Shown here in pieces: positions 24,405 through 34,521 of a stretch of DNA of 64,000 nucleotides; the stretch's first letter is position 1; the number at the start of each line of letters is the position of its first letter. The translations under genes were made by a program, and so were the position numbers. Under the pieces are notes generated by a model. That model did not search any database, was not told where the DNA came from, and worked only from the letters and a program-made list of their open reading frames with translations. The DNA comes from Pristiophorus japonicus (taxonomy: Eukaryota). The stretch lies in NCBI RefSeq assembly GCF_044704955.1, contig NC_091980.1, positions 166,966,001 through 167,030,000 on the forward strand, in the 5' to 3' direction.

Positions 24405-24625
24405 TAAATCCAATTGGGAATCAGGAGAAATTTCTTTATCCAGAGAGTGGGGAGAATGTGGAACTCGCTACCACAGGGAGTAGTTGAGGCGGATAGCCTA
24501 GATGCATTTAAGAGGAAGCTAGATAAGCATATGAGGGAGAAGGAAATAGAAGGATGGGAGATATCTTGTGTGCAGCATCAGCACCAGCACAGACCAATTG
24601 GATCAATCGACCTGTTTCTATGTGT
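24405..24625 (+). mobile_element. CR1 LINE 3' end
   Basis: IRRNFFIQRVGRMWNSLPQGVVEA. Confidence 0.85.
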
Positions 24626-25090
24626 AAAAAGAAAGACTTGGATTTATATAGCGCCTTTCACAACCACCGGATGTCTCAAAGCGCTTTACAGCCAATAAAG
24701 TACTTTTGGAGTGTAGTCACTGTTGTAATGTGGGAAACATGGCAGCCAATTTGCACACAGCTAGCTCCCACAAACAGTAATGTGATAATGACCAGATAAT
24801 CTGCTTTTGTTATGTTGATTGAGGGATAAATATTGGCCATGACACCAGGGATAATTCCCCTGCTCTTCTTCGAAATAATGCCATGGGATCTTTTACATCC
24901 ACCTGAGAGGGCAGACAGGGCCTCGGTTTAACATCTCATCCGAAAGATAGCACCTCCAACAGTGCAGCACTCCCTCAGCACTACACTGGAGTGTCAGCCC
25001 AGATTTATGTACTCAAGTTCCTGGAGTGGGACTTGAACCCACAACCTTCAGACTCAGAGGCGAGTGTGCTACCCACTGAGCCACAGCTGA
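24626..25090 (-). mobile_element. SacSINE1-like SINE, full length
   Basis: Head, Deu core and tail present. Confidence 0.9.
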
Positions 25091-25354
25091 TTCTATGTGA
25101 TGTTTGACTTTTGGAAGCATTGCACAGATGGCGTCCATGACTGCTTACCATTTCCCTAGAGGATTTTCTTGTTGCTTTAAAGTGAGTAGATGCGTGCTGT
25201 GATATGTTAGGTAGAAATCTGAATTGGACTATGTATGTAGGTTTTTGATCTGAGAGCATCGAGACTAAAAATTGAACTGAGGTAGGAGTGAGGAAAGTAT
25301 GACCGAGGACAAGTACCCACCTGAACATGCCACCGGTAGCAATCAACAATTTGC

Positions 25355-25730
25355 TTCTTGTCCTTATTTTCAAATCCCTTTATGGCCTTGTACCTCCCTA
25401 TCTCTAATCCCCTCCAGCCCCATATCCCCCCCCCCACCCTCCCCGAGATGTCTGCCCTCCTGAGCATCCCTGATTGTAATCGCTCAACCATTGGTGGCCG
25501 TGCCTTCTGTTGCCTGGGCCCCAAGCTCTGGAACTCCCTGCCTAAACCTCTCCACTTCTCTACCTCTCATTCCTCCTTCAAGATGCTCCTTAAAACATAT
25601 CTCTTTGACCAAGCTGCGCTAATTTCTACTTATGCGGCTTGGTGTAAAATGTTTAGCACATACTACTCCTGTGGAGTGCTTTGGGACGTTTCACTACGTT
25701 AAAGGCGCTATATAAATACAAGTTGTTGTT
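25355..25730 (+). mobile_element. L2 LINE 3' end
   Basis: LSIPDCNRSTIGGRAFCCLGPKLWNSLP...KTYLFDQA. Confidence 0.88.
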
Positions 25731-25959
25731 ATGAGCCAGAGTTCCTACGCAGTGGCGTAGATGTACTGCCTCATCGGACAGTGGACTGTGTCTGTGTAAG
25801 CTGAGGCAATACAATGAAGGGCCAAGGCCTATGTTGGAGGACATTGCAAAGTGTTCAACAGAAAAACTTGCATTTCTGAACCTCTCTGAATCACCTTGAA
25901 GGAATGGGCGTATAATGGTTCATTTCAAAATCCAGTGACTGTTACCTGAGAAGAGGCTG

Positions 25960-26272
25960 GAAAGAAAGAAAGACTTGCATTTATATAGCCCCTTTCAAGA
26001 CCACCGGACGTCTCAAAGCGCTCTCCAGCCAATGAAGTACTTTTGGAGTTTAGTCACTGTTGTAATGTGCGAAACGGGTCAGCCAGTTTGTGCACAGCAA
26101 GCTCCCACAAACAGCAATGTGGTAATGACCAGACAATCTGTTTTTTGTGATGTTGATTGAGGGATAAATATTGGCCAAGACCTGCTCTTCTTTGAAATAG
26201 TGCCATGGAATTTCTTTTACGTACACCTGAGAGGGCAGGCGGGGTCTCGGTTTAACGTCTGACCCGAAAGAC
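25960..26272 (-). mobile_element. SacSINE1-like SINE, 5'-truncated
   Basis: Tail and Deu core. Confidence 0.85.
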
Positions 26273-26489
26273 AAATGGTTAAGGGAAGGTTAGGCTTTGC
26301 CTGCACTCAAGGGAAATGGTCCAGGAGTATTTTGCTGAGCTTGCTGGTCATTTTCTTGCTATTCCAAGTTTTTAAAAAAGTTTGCTGCAAAGTTTAAAAT
26401 CAGAATCTGATCTCTTTCTCCGTCCTTTAAAGACTGCCCACTTTATTACCAATAATGTCGTTGTGCAAGGTCAGAGAGGAGCCTCTCCG

Positions 26490-26815
26490 TTCCCCTGGTG
26501 GTCCAATGGCTAAAGACCCCACGTAGAGCAGCACTGAGCCATACACACCAGATGTTTCCCGGTTTGATCCCTGTTCTGTGCTGGGTTAATTGGTCTCAGA
26601 GCCCCTGGGCTAAGGTGATTTTAAAAAAATCAAGAAAATGAGCTTGGATTCCTGCTCTTGATTTGTTGTCCAGCAACCTGTGTGTGTGGTGTGTATATCT
26701 GTGTGAAAGAGAGGGAGATTGTGTATTGGTGGGTTTTCTGGCTAAAGGCAAGATTAATTGTGATGCCACCCATCTTAAAACAGCCTGTTGACAGTCTCTG
26801 CCTGGGTTCACTGGT
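26490..26815 (+). mobile_element. AmnSINE2-like SINE
   Basis: tRNA-like head (GGTTTGATCCC), then TGTGCTGGGTTAATTGGTCTCAG...GCCCCTGGGCTA...GGATTCCTGCTCTTGAT...TGTGATGCCC. Confidence 0.6.
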
Positions 26816-27207
26816 GAAGAATGGTAGATGGAGTTAAGATACAGATCAGCCATGATCTGAATGAATGGCAAAACAGGTTAATGGGGCTTAATGGCCTCCT
26901 CCTGTTCCTGTGGGGGGAGGGGGAAAATTGTAATTTAAAAAAATTAAAAACTGAAACCAGTTATTCTCACACTGCAAATGTCAACCGTATGTTGAGCATC
27001 CCAGGGACCCCCTAACCTTAATGGGTGCAAGGCCACACGGTCCAGTAACACAAGAAGCCTGAGCCTCAGTTAGGCAGTGCAACCTATGGGAATTGAACAC
27101 TTCAAACTTGGAATGATTTCTGCCCCCACCCCAAGTCCGTGCGGATGTGACTGGGTCAGTGCGGAAATTTTGAGCTGCACAGTTATTTTTAAAAAACACA
27201 CAAAATC

Positions 27208-27524
27208 TCTTCTTCGAAATAGTGCAATGGGATATTTTACGTCCACTTGAGAGGGCAGACGGTTTAATATCTCATCTGAAAGATGGCACATCCGACAGTG
27301 CAGCACTCCCTCAGTACTGCACTGGAATGTCCGCTTTGAGTTTCTCGAGTGGGGCTTGAACCTACGACCTCTGACTCAGGCGAGATTGCTGCCCACTGAG
27401 CCACAGCTAAGACTAAACTGTGCAATAGCGACTACACTTCTAAAGTACCTCTTTGGCTTTGAAGTGCCTTAGGACGACCCAAGGTCATGAAAGACGCTGT
27501 GTAAATGGGAGTCTTTCTTTCTTT
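27208..27524. mobile_element. Two SacSINE1-like fragments (5' half on minus 27208-27410; tail on plus 27420-27524)
   Basis: Matches to other copies in opposite orientations. Confidence 0.75.
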
Positions 27525-28120
27525 AAATTAATGATCTGTATAAATGGCCAGTGTTTATCCCTTTTCATTTTGTGCTGATCTTTCACTTCAGGATGCTCTA
27601 ATGGTCGGGTGTAATTTTGGGTTACTGAATGGTAATCAATCAGGTAGGACACATTGATAAATTGCACACATTTCCTTATAATAACTTAAGTGTCAGCAGA
27701 GACTGCCTCTCAGAGATGCATGGCTTCCAGGCCGATCTGCGGTCCTGGCTCCCTACCCTTTGTGGACTTTCACAAGTAGGTGCTTCTCGGTCTGCAGGTT
27801 CTAATGGCTCCCCCTCGCCTCCCCCCACCCCCTGCAGCGACAGTTAGAAATAGGTGCAGACTCCTCTACCAGTCAATAATGAGCCTACTCTGCCCTGCGG
27901 GGACTCCCACGAGTAGGTGTAGGCATCTCAGTCTACAGGTTCTAATAGCTTCTGCCCTACAGGGACAGCCATAAGGAGTGGGATTAACATGCCCCTCCTT
28001 GTTAGGATAATTATGAGTTGAGTCAAACTAAAACTGGATTCTTTTCTGCAATCTTGTTTTCAACTTCTGTTTGCACTGATTGAACAATCTCAGCACAAGT
28101 AGGTATTGGGACAAGACATG

Positions 28121-29181
28121 GGGCTCAATTACTTGAAGAGTTACGCCCGTTTTTTGGGGGCCCAAGTGCGGCAAAAAAAAAATCTTCCAAGTTTCCCCAT
28201 TTGATTTCTTCATTTTGGCGCGGCCGAGCCTATCGTTTAGTTTTGGGGGTGGAGCCTTGATCTGCTCCAAAAAAATCAAATTGCCACAGTAATCAGGGAC
28301 ACAATGCGGGCTCAGGCTGCAAAGTGAAACATACAGCCAGCTCACAGCAACCTGCACAAGCACATTAAACATTGCAGCAACTTACCAAGCACAAGCACAT
28401 TACAGCAACTTACCTTCTTTAAACGTTTCCCCCACCCACCCCCCGATGCCGGTCCTGATCCCCGCTCCTGTCCCAGGCTGAATGGCCTCCTCCTTCCCGG
28501 TCACCGCACCTATCCCAGGCCGAATGGCCTCTCGATGCCGGCCCCCGCACCTACCCTAGGCTGAATGGCCTCCTCCCGATCCCTGCACCTATCCCAGGCC
28601 CTAGGCCGAATGGTCTGCTCTTGATCCCCGCACCTATCCCAGGCCGAATGGCCATCTCCCGGTCCCTGCATCTACCCTAGGCTGCATAGTCTCCCGGTCC
28701 CCGCACCTATCCCAGGCCGAATGGCCTCCCAATGCCTGTCCCCGCACCTACCCTGGGCTGCATAGTCTCCCAATCCCCACACCTATCCTAGGCCGAATGG
28801 CCTCCTCCTTCCCGGTCACCGCACCTAACTATACCCAAAATGCTTCCCACCCTCTCTCCCACTCTCTCTTACCTCTCCTGCTTCTGTTGCCCGGGCATCT
28901 GCTGTGCTGATTTCCTTAACTCACCAGAAGATTTTTCTACAGAGGCCATATATGCTGGCCTAACAAGAACTGGAGTAGCTCTGAGCTGGCCAAACTTGCC
29001 ACACTTGCCAGAATTGGCCCAGATGGCAGGGTACTTTCACTGAAAAAAAACCTAACCTAAAAAAATGGTAACTAACTGAGTTGGTGCAAATTGATTGGGA
29101 AAACTTGTATTTTTTAACTTAGGCCAAAAAAAGTGGCCTGTGCCAAAAAAACGGCGCAAATCACTGGGAAAAATTGAGCCC
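28121..29181. mobile_element. Non-autonomous Harbinger element (MITE) related to 21740-22965
   Basis: Perfect TIRs GGGCTCAATT / AATTGAGCCC, ATG TSD (28118-28120, 29182-29184), and subterminal similarity to the Myb-bearing relic. Confidence 0.85.
28440..28830. repeat. GC-rich tandem array inside MITE (~33-43-bp units, ~10 copies)
   Basis: CCCGCACCTATCCCAGGCCGAATGGCCTC recurs. Confidence 0.9.
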
Positions 29182-29273
29182 ATGGAATGGGAGGAAAATA
29201 TGGAAAGCAATCAATGAATCTGCCGCTAATATCATTTGACCATCGTAAGTCACCTGGTGTACGAGTGAATTTA

Positions 29274-30415
29274 CAACAACAACAGCTTGTATTTATATAG
29301 ATCCTTTAACATAATGAAATGTCCCAAGGTGCGTCACAGAAGTATTATGAGATAAAAAATTTGTCACCGAGCTGCATAATTAGAAATTAGTACAGGTGAC
29401 CAAAAGCTTGATCAAATAGGTATGTTTGAAGGAGCGTCTTGAAGGAGCAAAGAGAGGCGAAGAGGTTTAGGCAGGGAGTTCCAGAGCTTGAGTGGAGTGA
29501 TTATAATCAGGGATGCTCAAGAGGGCAGAATTAGAGGAGCACAGACATCTCGGAGGGTTGTGGGGCTAGAGGAGATTACAGAGATAGGGAGGGGCGAGGC
29601 CATGGAGGGATTTGAAAATAAGGATAAGAATTTTGAAATCAAGGATAAGAATTTTGAAATCATGGTGTTGCTTAACTGGAAGGCAATGTCGGTCAGTGAG
29701 CACAGGGGTGATGGCTGAGCGGGACTTGGTGCGAGTTAGGACACGGGTAGCCGAGTTTTGGATCGCCTCTAGTTTACGTAGGGTAGAATATGGGAGGCCA
29801 ACCAGGAATGTGTTGGAATAGTCAAGTCTAGAGGTAACAAAGGCATGGATGAGGGTTTCAGCAGCGGGTGAGCTGAGGCAAGGGTGGAGACTGGCGATGT
29901 TACGGAGGTGGAAATAGGCGGTCTTAGTTATGCTTTGGGTATGTGGTCGAAAGCTCATTTCAGGTTCAAATATGACACCAAGGTTGTGAAACAGTGTGGT
30001 TTAGCCCCAGACAGAAGTTGGGGAGAGGGATAGAGTCAGTAGCAAGGGAACGGTTTGTGGCGGGGACCGAAAACAATGGCTTCGGTCTTTCCAATATTCA
30101 GTTGGAGAAAATTTCTGCTCATCCAGAACTGGTTGTCAGACAAGCAGTCTGACAATTTTGAGACCGTGAAGGGGTCGAGAGAAGTGGTATTGAGGTAGAA
30201 CTGGGTGTCGTCCGTGTACATGTGAAAACTGACGCTGTGTTTTCGGAGGATGTTGCTAAGAGGCAACATGTAGATGAGAAATAGGAGGGGGCCAAGGATA
30301 GATCCTTGGGGGACACCAGAGATAACGATGTGGGAGTGGGAAGAGAAGCTGTTGTAGGTGATTCTCTGTTTACGATTAGATAGACAACAATGGAACCAGG
30401 TGAGTGCAGTCGCAC
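29274..30415 (-). mobile_element. L2 LINE 3' portion including RT motif; internal 21-bp tandem duplication at ~29620-29661
   Basis: ORFs MLPL...FHMYTDDTQ (YADD-like) and HAFVTSRLDYSN...KLEAIQNSATRVLT. Confidence 0.92.
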
Positions 30416-30889
30416 CCTTTACTGTACAAGTGTAGCATCAATGTATAAATGCACCCAGAATTGGAGCCCAAATTGGCGCCAGAGTAAAGCGGAGTGAGAC
30501 TCCCTGGAGGAGGGACACTCTTTGTTTCAGAGGCCAAGTTCTGGTTTTAAAAGCATGGATTCAAAACATGTTCAGCGTTGGTGCACAGCTAAAACTGCTT
30601 CACACGGACGCTCAACTTGTGTAAACGCACCCAAAGTTTTAGCAGCAGTTGTAATTCTAATTCTTCTGATCCTGGCTGCATCCATAGACTAAAGAAAAGC
30701 GAAGTCTCGGGGGACTTGTAAGTATTGAAGAAGGCCAACTCATAGTCTTATCATCACTCATACTTCTACCCTCCCAATAAGTTATAAACATAAATTCTGA
30801 CAGTAGACGGATATTATCTTAAATACACAAAATGTAGTGTAAAATAGTAACATCGGCTGTTACTAAATGAATTAAATGATTGATCGATC

Positions 30890-31990
30890 GATTGTTACAT
30901 GTTGTACTGAAAGTCGTGGCTCGAGTCTGTGAGGCCTCCGACACGAGAGGTGTTCTCTTTTTAGTGTGCTGAGCATGGGAGCCCGAGGCTTCACAAGGCC
31001 TGAACTACAATCGGCTGCCATTACCTGAAGTCCTTATGTCCAGGATCCACTCCCGTGTCTAAGACGGTGATGAGAACTCCTCTGCCGTCGTACGCTGAGT
31101 ACCGGGAGAGGAAAGATGCACGCCGGTCTCTTTCTTCAGTAAAAGAGTTATCGAGATGAGCAGCCACGACTCAACTCAGACTAATGTGCAGCTCGAGCTC
31201 CGGCTCAGGTTCGAGCTCCGGCTCAGGTTCTATTTCTCTCCTGTCCAGCAAGCCAGATCGAATGAACTGCTGGGCCGGATATGGCTCGTGGGCCGTATTT
31301 TTCCCACCACTGGGCTCGAAACTCACCCGCTCTTTAATGAGGAAGCTCCCAGAAACGGCAGGGACCCGATGTAACTGGATCTGTGCCAGAGTTACGCCGG
31401 GAGGCTGGCGGTACCCTCGCAGAATTCAGACAACACCTTTCACCCAATTGCATCAGTAAACAAAAGTAGCATTTTATAACTCCCAGGAATGAAAGCGTGA
31501 ATTAGTCGCTAAAGTTCCTTCAGAGACGAGTTGAGGCTAAAAACTCGCTGCAATTTTTTTTTTTAAGTTTGAAGTAAACAATCTTCCAATCGATTCGATT
31601 GTGCCAACTCTGAGTCATGCTGCCAATGGTGTTACTTTATATATTTAAAGTATTTATGTTATCATGCAATTATCTAGAAAGTTTGCAGAGATTTATGGAA
31701 ACTGAACCCACAAACTATGAGTTACTCACCTTTCACGTTGCAGTGACGGAGCAGAAACCGAGGTTTCGAGTGTCTTAACGACATATTGAGGCAGCAAGCA
31801 GCAGATTCAATTTGCTCGCCTCTGTTTGTAGTTTTGACTGCCCTGCTGCCTCGCGACAATGGCCCCCTCCTGGTGTTACGTGGGATGGGCCAACGTTCGG
31901 CCTCGAAGCCAGGCCTTGGCGTGCTGGATTAAATCCAATGGCGGGGCCGTATTTTGCTTGCCACTGATCTAACCCTTGCTGTACATGCGC
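30890..31990 (-). promoter_or_regulatory. CpG-rich promoter-like island around TPP2-like exon
   Basis: Visibly CpG-rich and not a recognisable repeat. CCAAT (31934) lies next to GGCGGGGC (31939). ACTACA motifs at ~31003 (+) and 31827-31832 (-). Three minus-strand splice donors. Confidence 0.45.
31025..31167 (-). pseudogene. TPP2: Tripeptidyl peptidase II exon-1 remnant (non-processed gene fragment)
   Basis: Minus strand encodes [33 protein letters not shown], versus recalled vertebrate TPP2 [40 protein letters not shown]. Ends GGACTTCAG|GTAATG. The start appears to be GTG, and there are several indels. Confidence 0.8.
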
Positions 31991-32009
31991 TGGGAGTGTT
32001 TGATGGGAG

Positions 32010-32510
32010 AATTACTCTGGATATAAAAGCACTGGAGAAGGTGCAACAAAGATTTACAAGGATGATACCAGAACTGAGAGGTTATAACTATAAGGAAAGA
32101 CTGAACAGGCTGGAGCTCTTTTCTCTCAAAGTGAAGGCCGAGTGGTGACCTGATAGAGATCTTTAAAATTATGAAGGGTTTGATAGGGTAGACGTAGGGA
32201 AGATGTTTCCACTTGTAGGGCAGTCCAAAACTGGTGGTCATAAATATAAGATAGTCACTATTAAACCCAATAAGCAATTCAGGAGAAACTTCTTAACTCC
32301 GAGAGTGGTGAGAATGTGGAACTTGCTAAGCTGAATAACAGATGCATTTAAGGGGAAGCCAGATAAAGTACAAGGGGGAGAATGGAATAGAAAGATATGC
32401 TGATTGGGTTAGATGAAATAGGATGGGAGAAGGCTCATGCGGAGCATGAACACTGGCATAGACCTGTTGGGCTGAATGGCCTGTTTCTTTGCTGTAAATT
32501 CTATGTAATT
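32010..32510 (+). mobile_element. CR1 LINE 3' portion
   Basis: DIKALEKVQQRFTRMIPELRGYNYKERLNRLELFSL. Confidence 0.9.
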
Positions 32511-33079
32511 CTGTTATTTAGCCCGTATTGCACTTAATCTGGGAACGCCAGATAGCACAGTATAGAGAGAACTTGAGTGCTTGATGCTGATTGCCTGTAC
32601 TGCTCCGTCCTCCAGCACTTACAGCTTTCTCCTAGTTAGCAGTTCATACAATAAAAATTGTAGAAGCAGCTTACCGTGAGCAGTGACATAGTTTGCAGCA
32701 AATGCCTCTGTTTACTGCCAGCAAGATGTCCCTACCCATTTCCCACAGGAAAACCCAGGGACATTGGATTCATTCCAAAACTCCAGTCACTTGTGCTTGA
32801 ATGCAAGTTATTGAAGAAGCAGTGGTGTGCTGAGAGGTGGCAGGTGCACATTTTATATTACGCTCTGGTTGCTTCTTTCCTGAGGATATTGGCAAATGCC
32901 TTTTCTTTTTGGGCAGTTTTGCATCCATACAAAGACATCCTGCATACCCACAGAATCCCAGCAAACTGTGCAGAGACACAAGGCTGCTCTGATTCACTGA
33001 ACACTGGCTTCTGTTGTTGGGGGAAGGGAAAGAGCTGCCAACATTCCCCTCACAAATATGTCCTGCCTGGCTTCTTGAA

Positions 33080-33395
33080 ACCCTTACCCTGCTGAATAAA
33101 CAGGGACTCTGTACAGTTACACACAGTGAATAATCCTTACCCTGCTGAATAAACAGGAACTCTATACAGTGACACAGTGAATAAGCCTTACCCTGCTGAA
33201 TAAACAGGGACTCTGTACAGTGACAGTGAGTAACCCTTACCCTACTGAGTAAACAGGAACTCTGTACAGTGACACAGTGAGTAACCCTTACCCTGCTGAA
33301 TAAACAGGGACTCTGTACAGTTAGTGAGTAGCCCTTACCCTGCTGAATAAACAGGGACTCTGTACAGTTACAGTGAGTGACCCTTACCCTGCTGA
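33080..33395. repeat. Minisatellite, ~47-54-bp unit, 6 full copies plus a partial
   Basis: CCTTACCCTGCTGAATAAACAGGGACTCTGTACAGT(GACA)nGTGAGTAA. Confidence 0.95.
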
Positions 33396-33653
33396 GCATT
33401 ACATTTCAGTGAGGATCCTTAAGGGCAATAAGTGGGTCCCAAGCCCTGGAAATTCAGCCCTCGAAGCCCAAGCAACTATTTGCTCATATTTTATTTTCTC
33501 ATTTGCCCTAATTAAATATTATACACATGAAAGTTTGGGAAAGCCTGCTTTTAGAGTTTTTGTCTCATTATGGGGCAAATCCTAAATCAGAACACCAAAA
33601 TCTGAAGTGTTAATAACTTCAAATAGATATATGCAATTCTATGGGAACATTGG

Positions 33654-33912
33654 TGTAATGTATTTGCTTCAAGAATTCATAGCAACACATTGCTATTAAG
33701 AATTAGTTGGTTTATTAACAAAGGTTTAATAATCGCTCTACACGTTACCAATTCATCTACAAGGCTCACAACTGCATACCTCATTGTGGATGATCTAGAC
33801 CCAACTGACTTGGGTTTTATTGACTCTTGTGAACATCACGTGACTGACTAATCTATTCACATTGCAACAGTTCCACAAACCTGTGAGCATGCTCATAGGT
33901 GCATAAATTACA
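33654..33912 (-). mobile_element. Solo LTR (259 bp)
   Basis: TGTAAT...ATTACA termini with perfect 5-bp TSD ATTGG; AATAAA on the minus strand. Confidence 0.85.
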
Positions 33913-34108
33913 ATTGGTTAAAACATTATACATGTCCTTCAGGATACAAGTTTGCACAGACCTGCCTAATGACGATGTGGGTCAGTATGTTTGCCTGAGG
34001 AACAAGACAACAGGTATGACTGGATGGAGAGTATCTTCTCTTCACTGAGTAAGCGATCTCCAGTTCATGCCCACAGCACAATACTGGCTGTAGTTCACCA
34101 GTACTGGG

Positions 34109-34317
34109 TGTTACGTATGTAAGCCTGTAAATACCATATCTAACCACCAGAGGGCTCATCCCCTGGAGTCCCAAGGGGTCCCACAATCCCTTGGGAGCAC
34201 CTGTATATAAGGAGGCCTCACAGGCTGGAGAGGCATTCTAAGATCTGTAATAAAGGACTACGGTCACACCTTACTTTGAGCTTGCAGTATCTAGTCTGAC
34301 TTATTCAAGATGTAACA
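34109..34317 (+). mobile_element. Solo LTR (209 bp), probably Gypsy-type
   Basis: TGTTAC...GTAACA termini, perfect 5-bp TSD CTGGG, internal TATATAA and AATAAA. Confidence 0.9.
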
Positions 34318-34521
34318 CTGGGCATGTCATTTAGAGAGGTCACGCAAATTGGGAAGTGAGAATAGTTACTTGAGAGCAGCAGGCAGTGAGAAAAGCTAGT
34401 TCGGGGCAGTTGTGAGTGCTTTTCTGAGTTTGGGATTAAATTGCTTGGTTGGGCATTATGGAGGCAATTTTACCCTGCGACTGTGCAACCAATGGGTGGA
34501 TAACATTTAATTTGCCAGCAA

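Noticed and set aside
28440-28830. CRISPR-like array
   Set aside because: Inter-repeat segments are short and related to each other; it lies inside a MITE.
31025-31167. Functional TPP2 gene
   Set aside because: No ATG, an N-terminal deletion, frameshifts, altered donor phase and no further exons recognised.
33080-33395. CRISPR-like array
   Set aside because: No unique spacers, no cas genes and a vertebrate context; it is a minisatellite.
32770-33399. 209-aa repetitive ORF
   Set aside because: Mostly the antisense reading of the minisatellite; no homology recognised.
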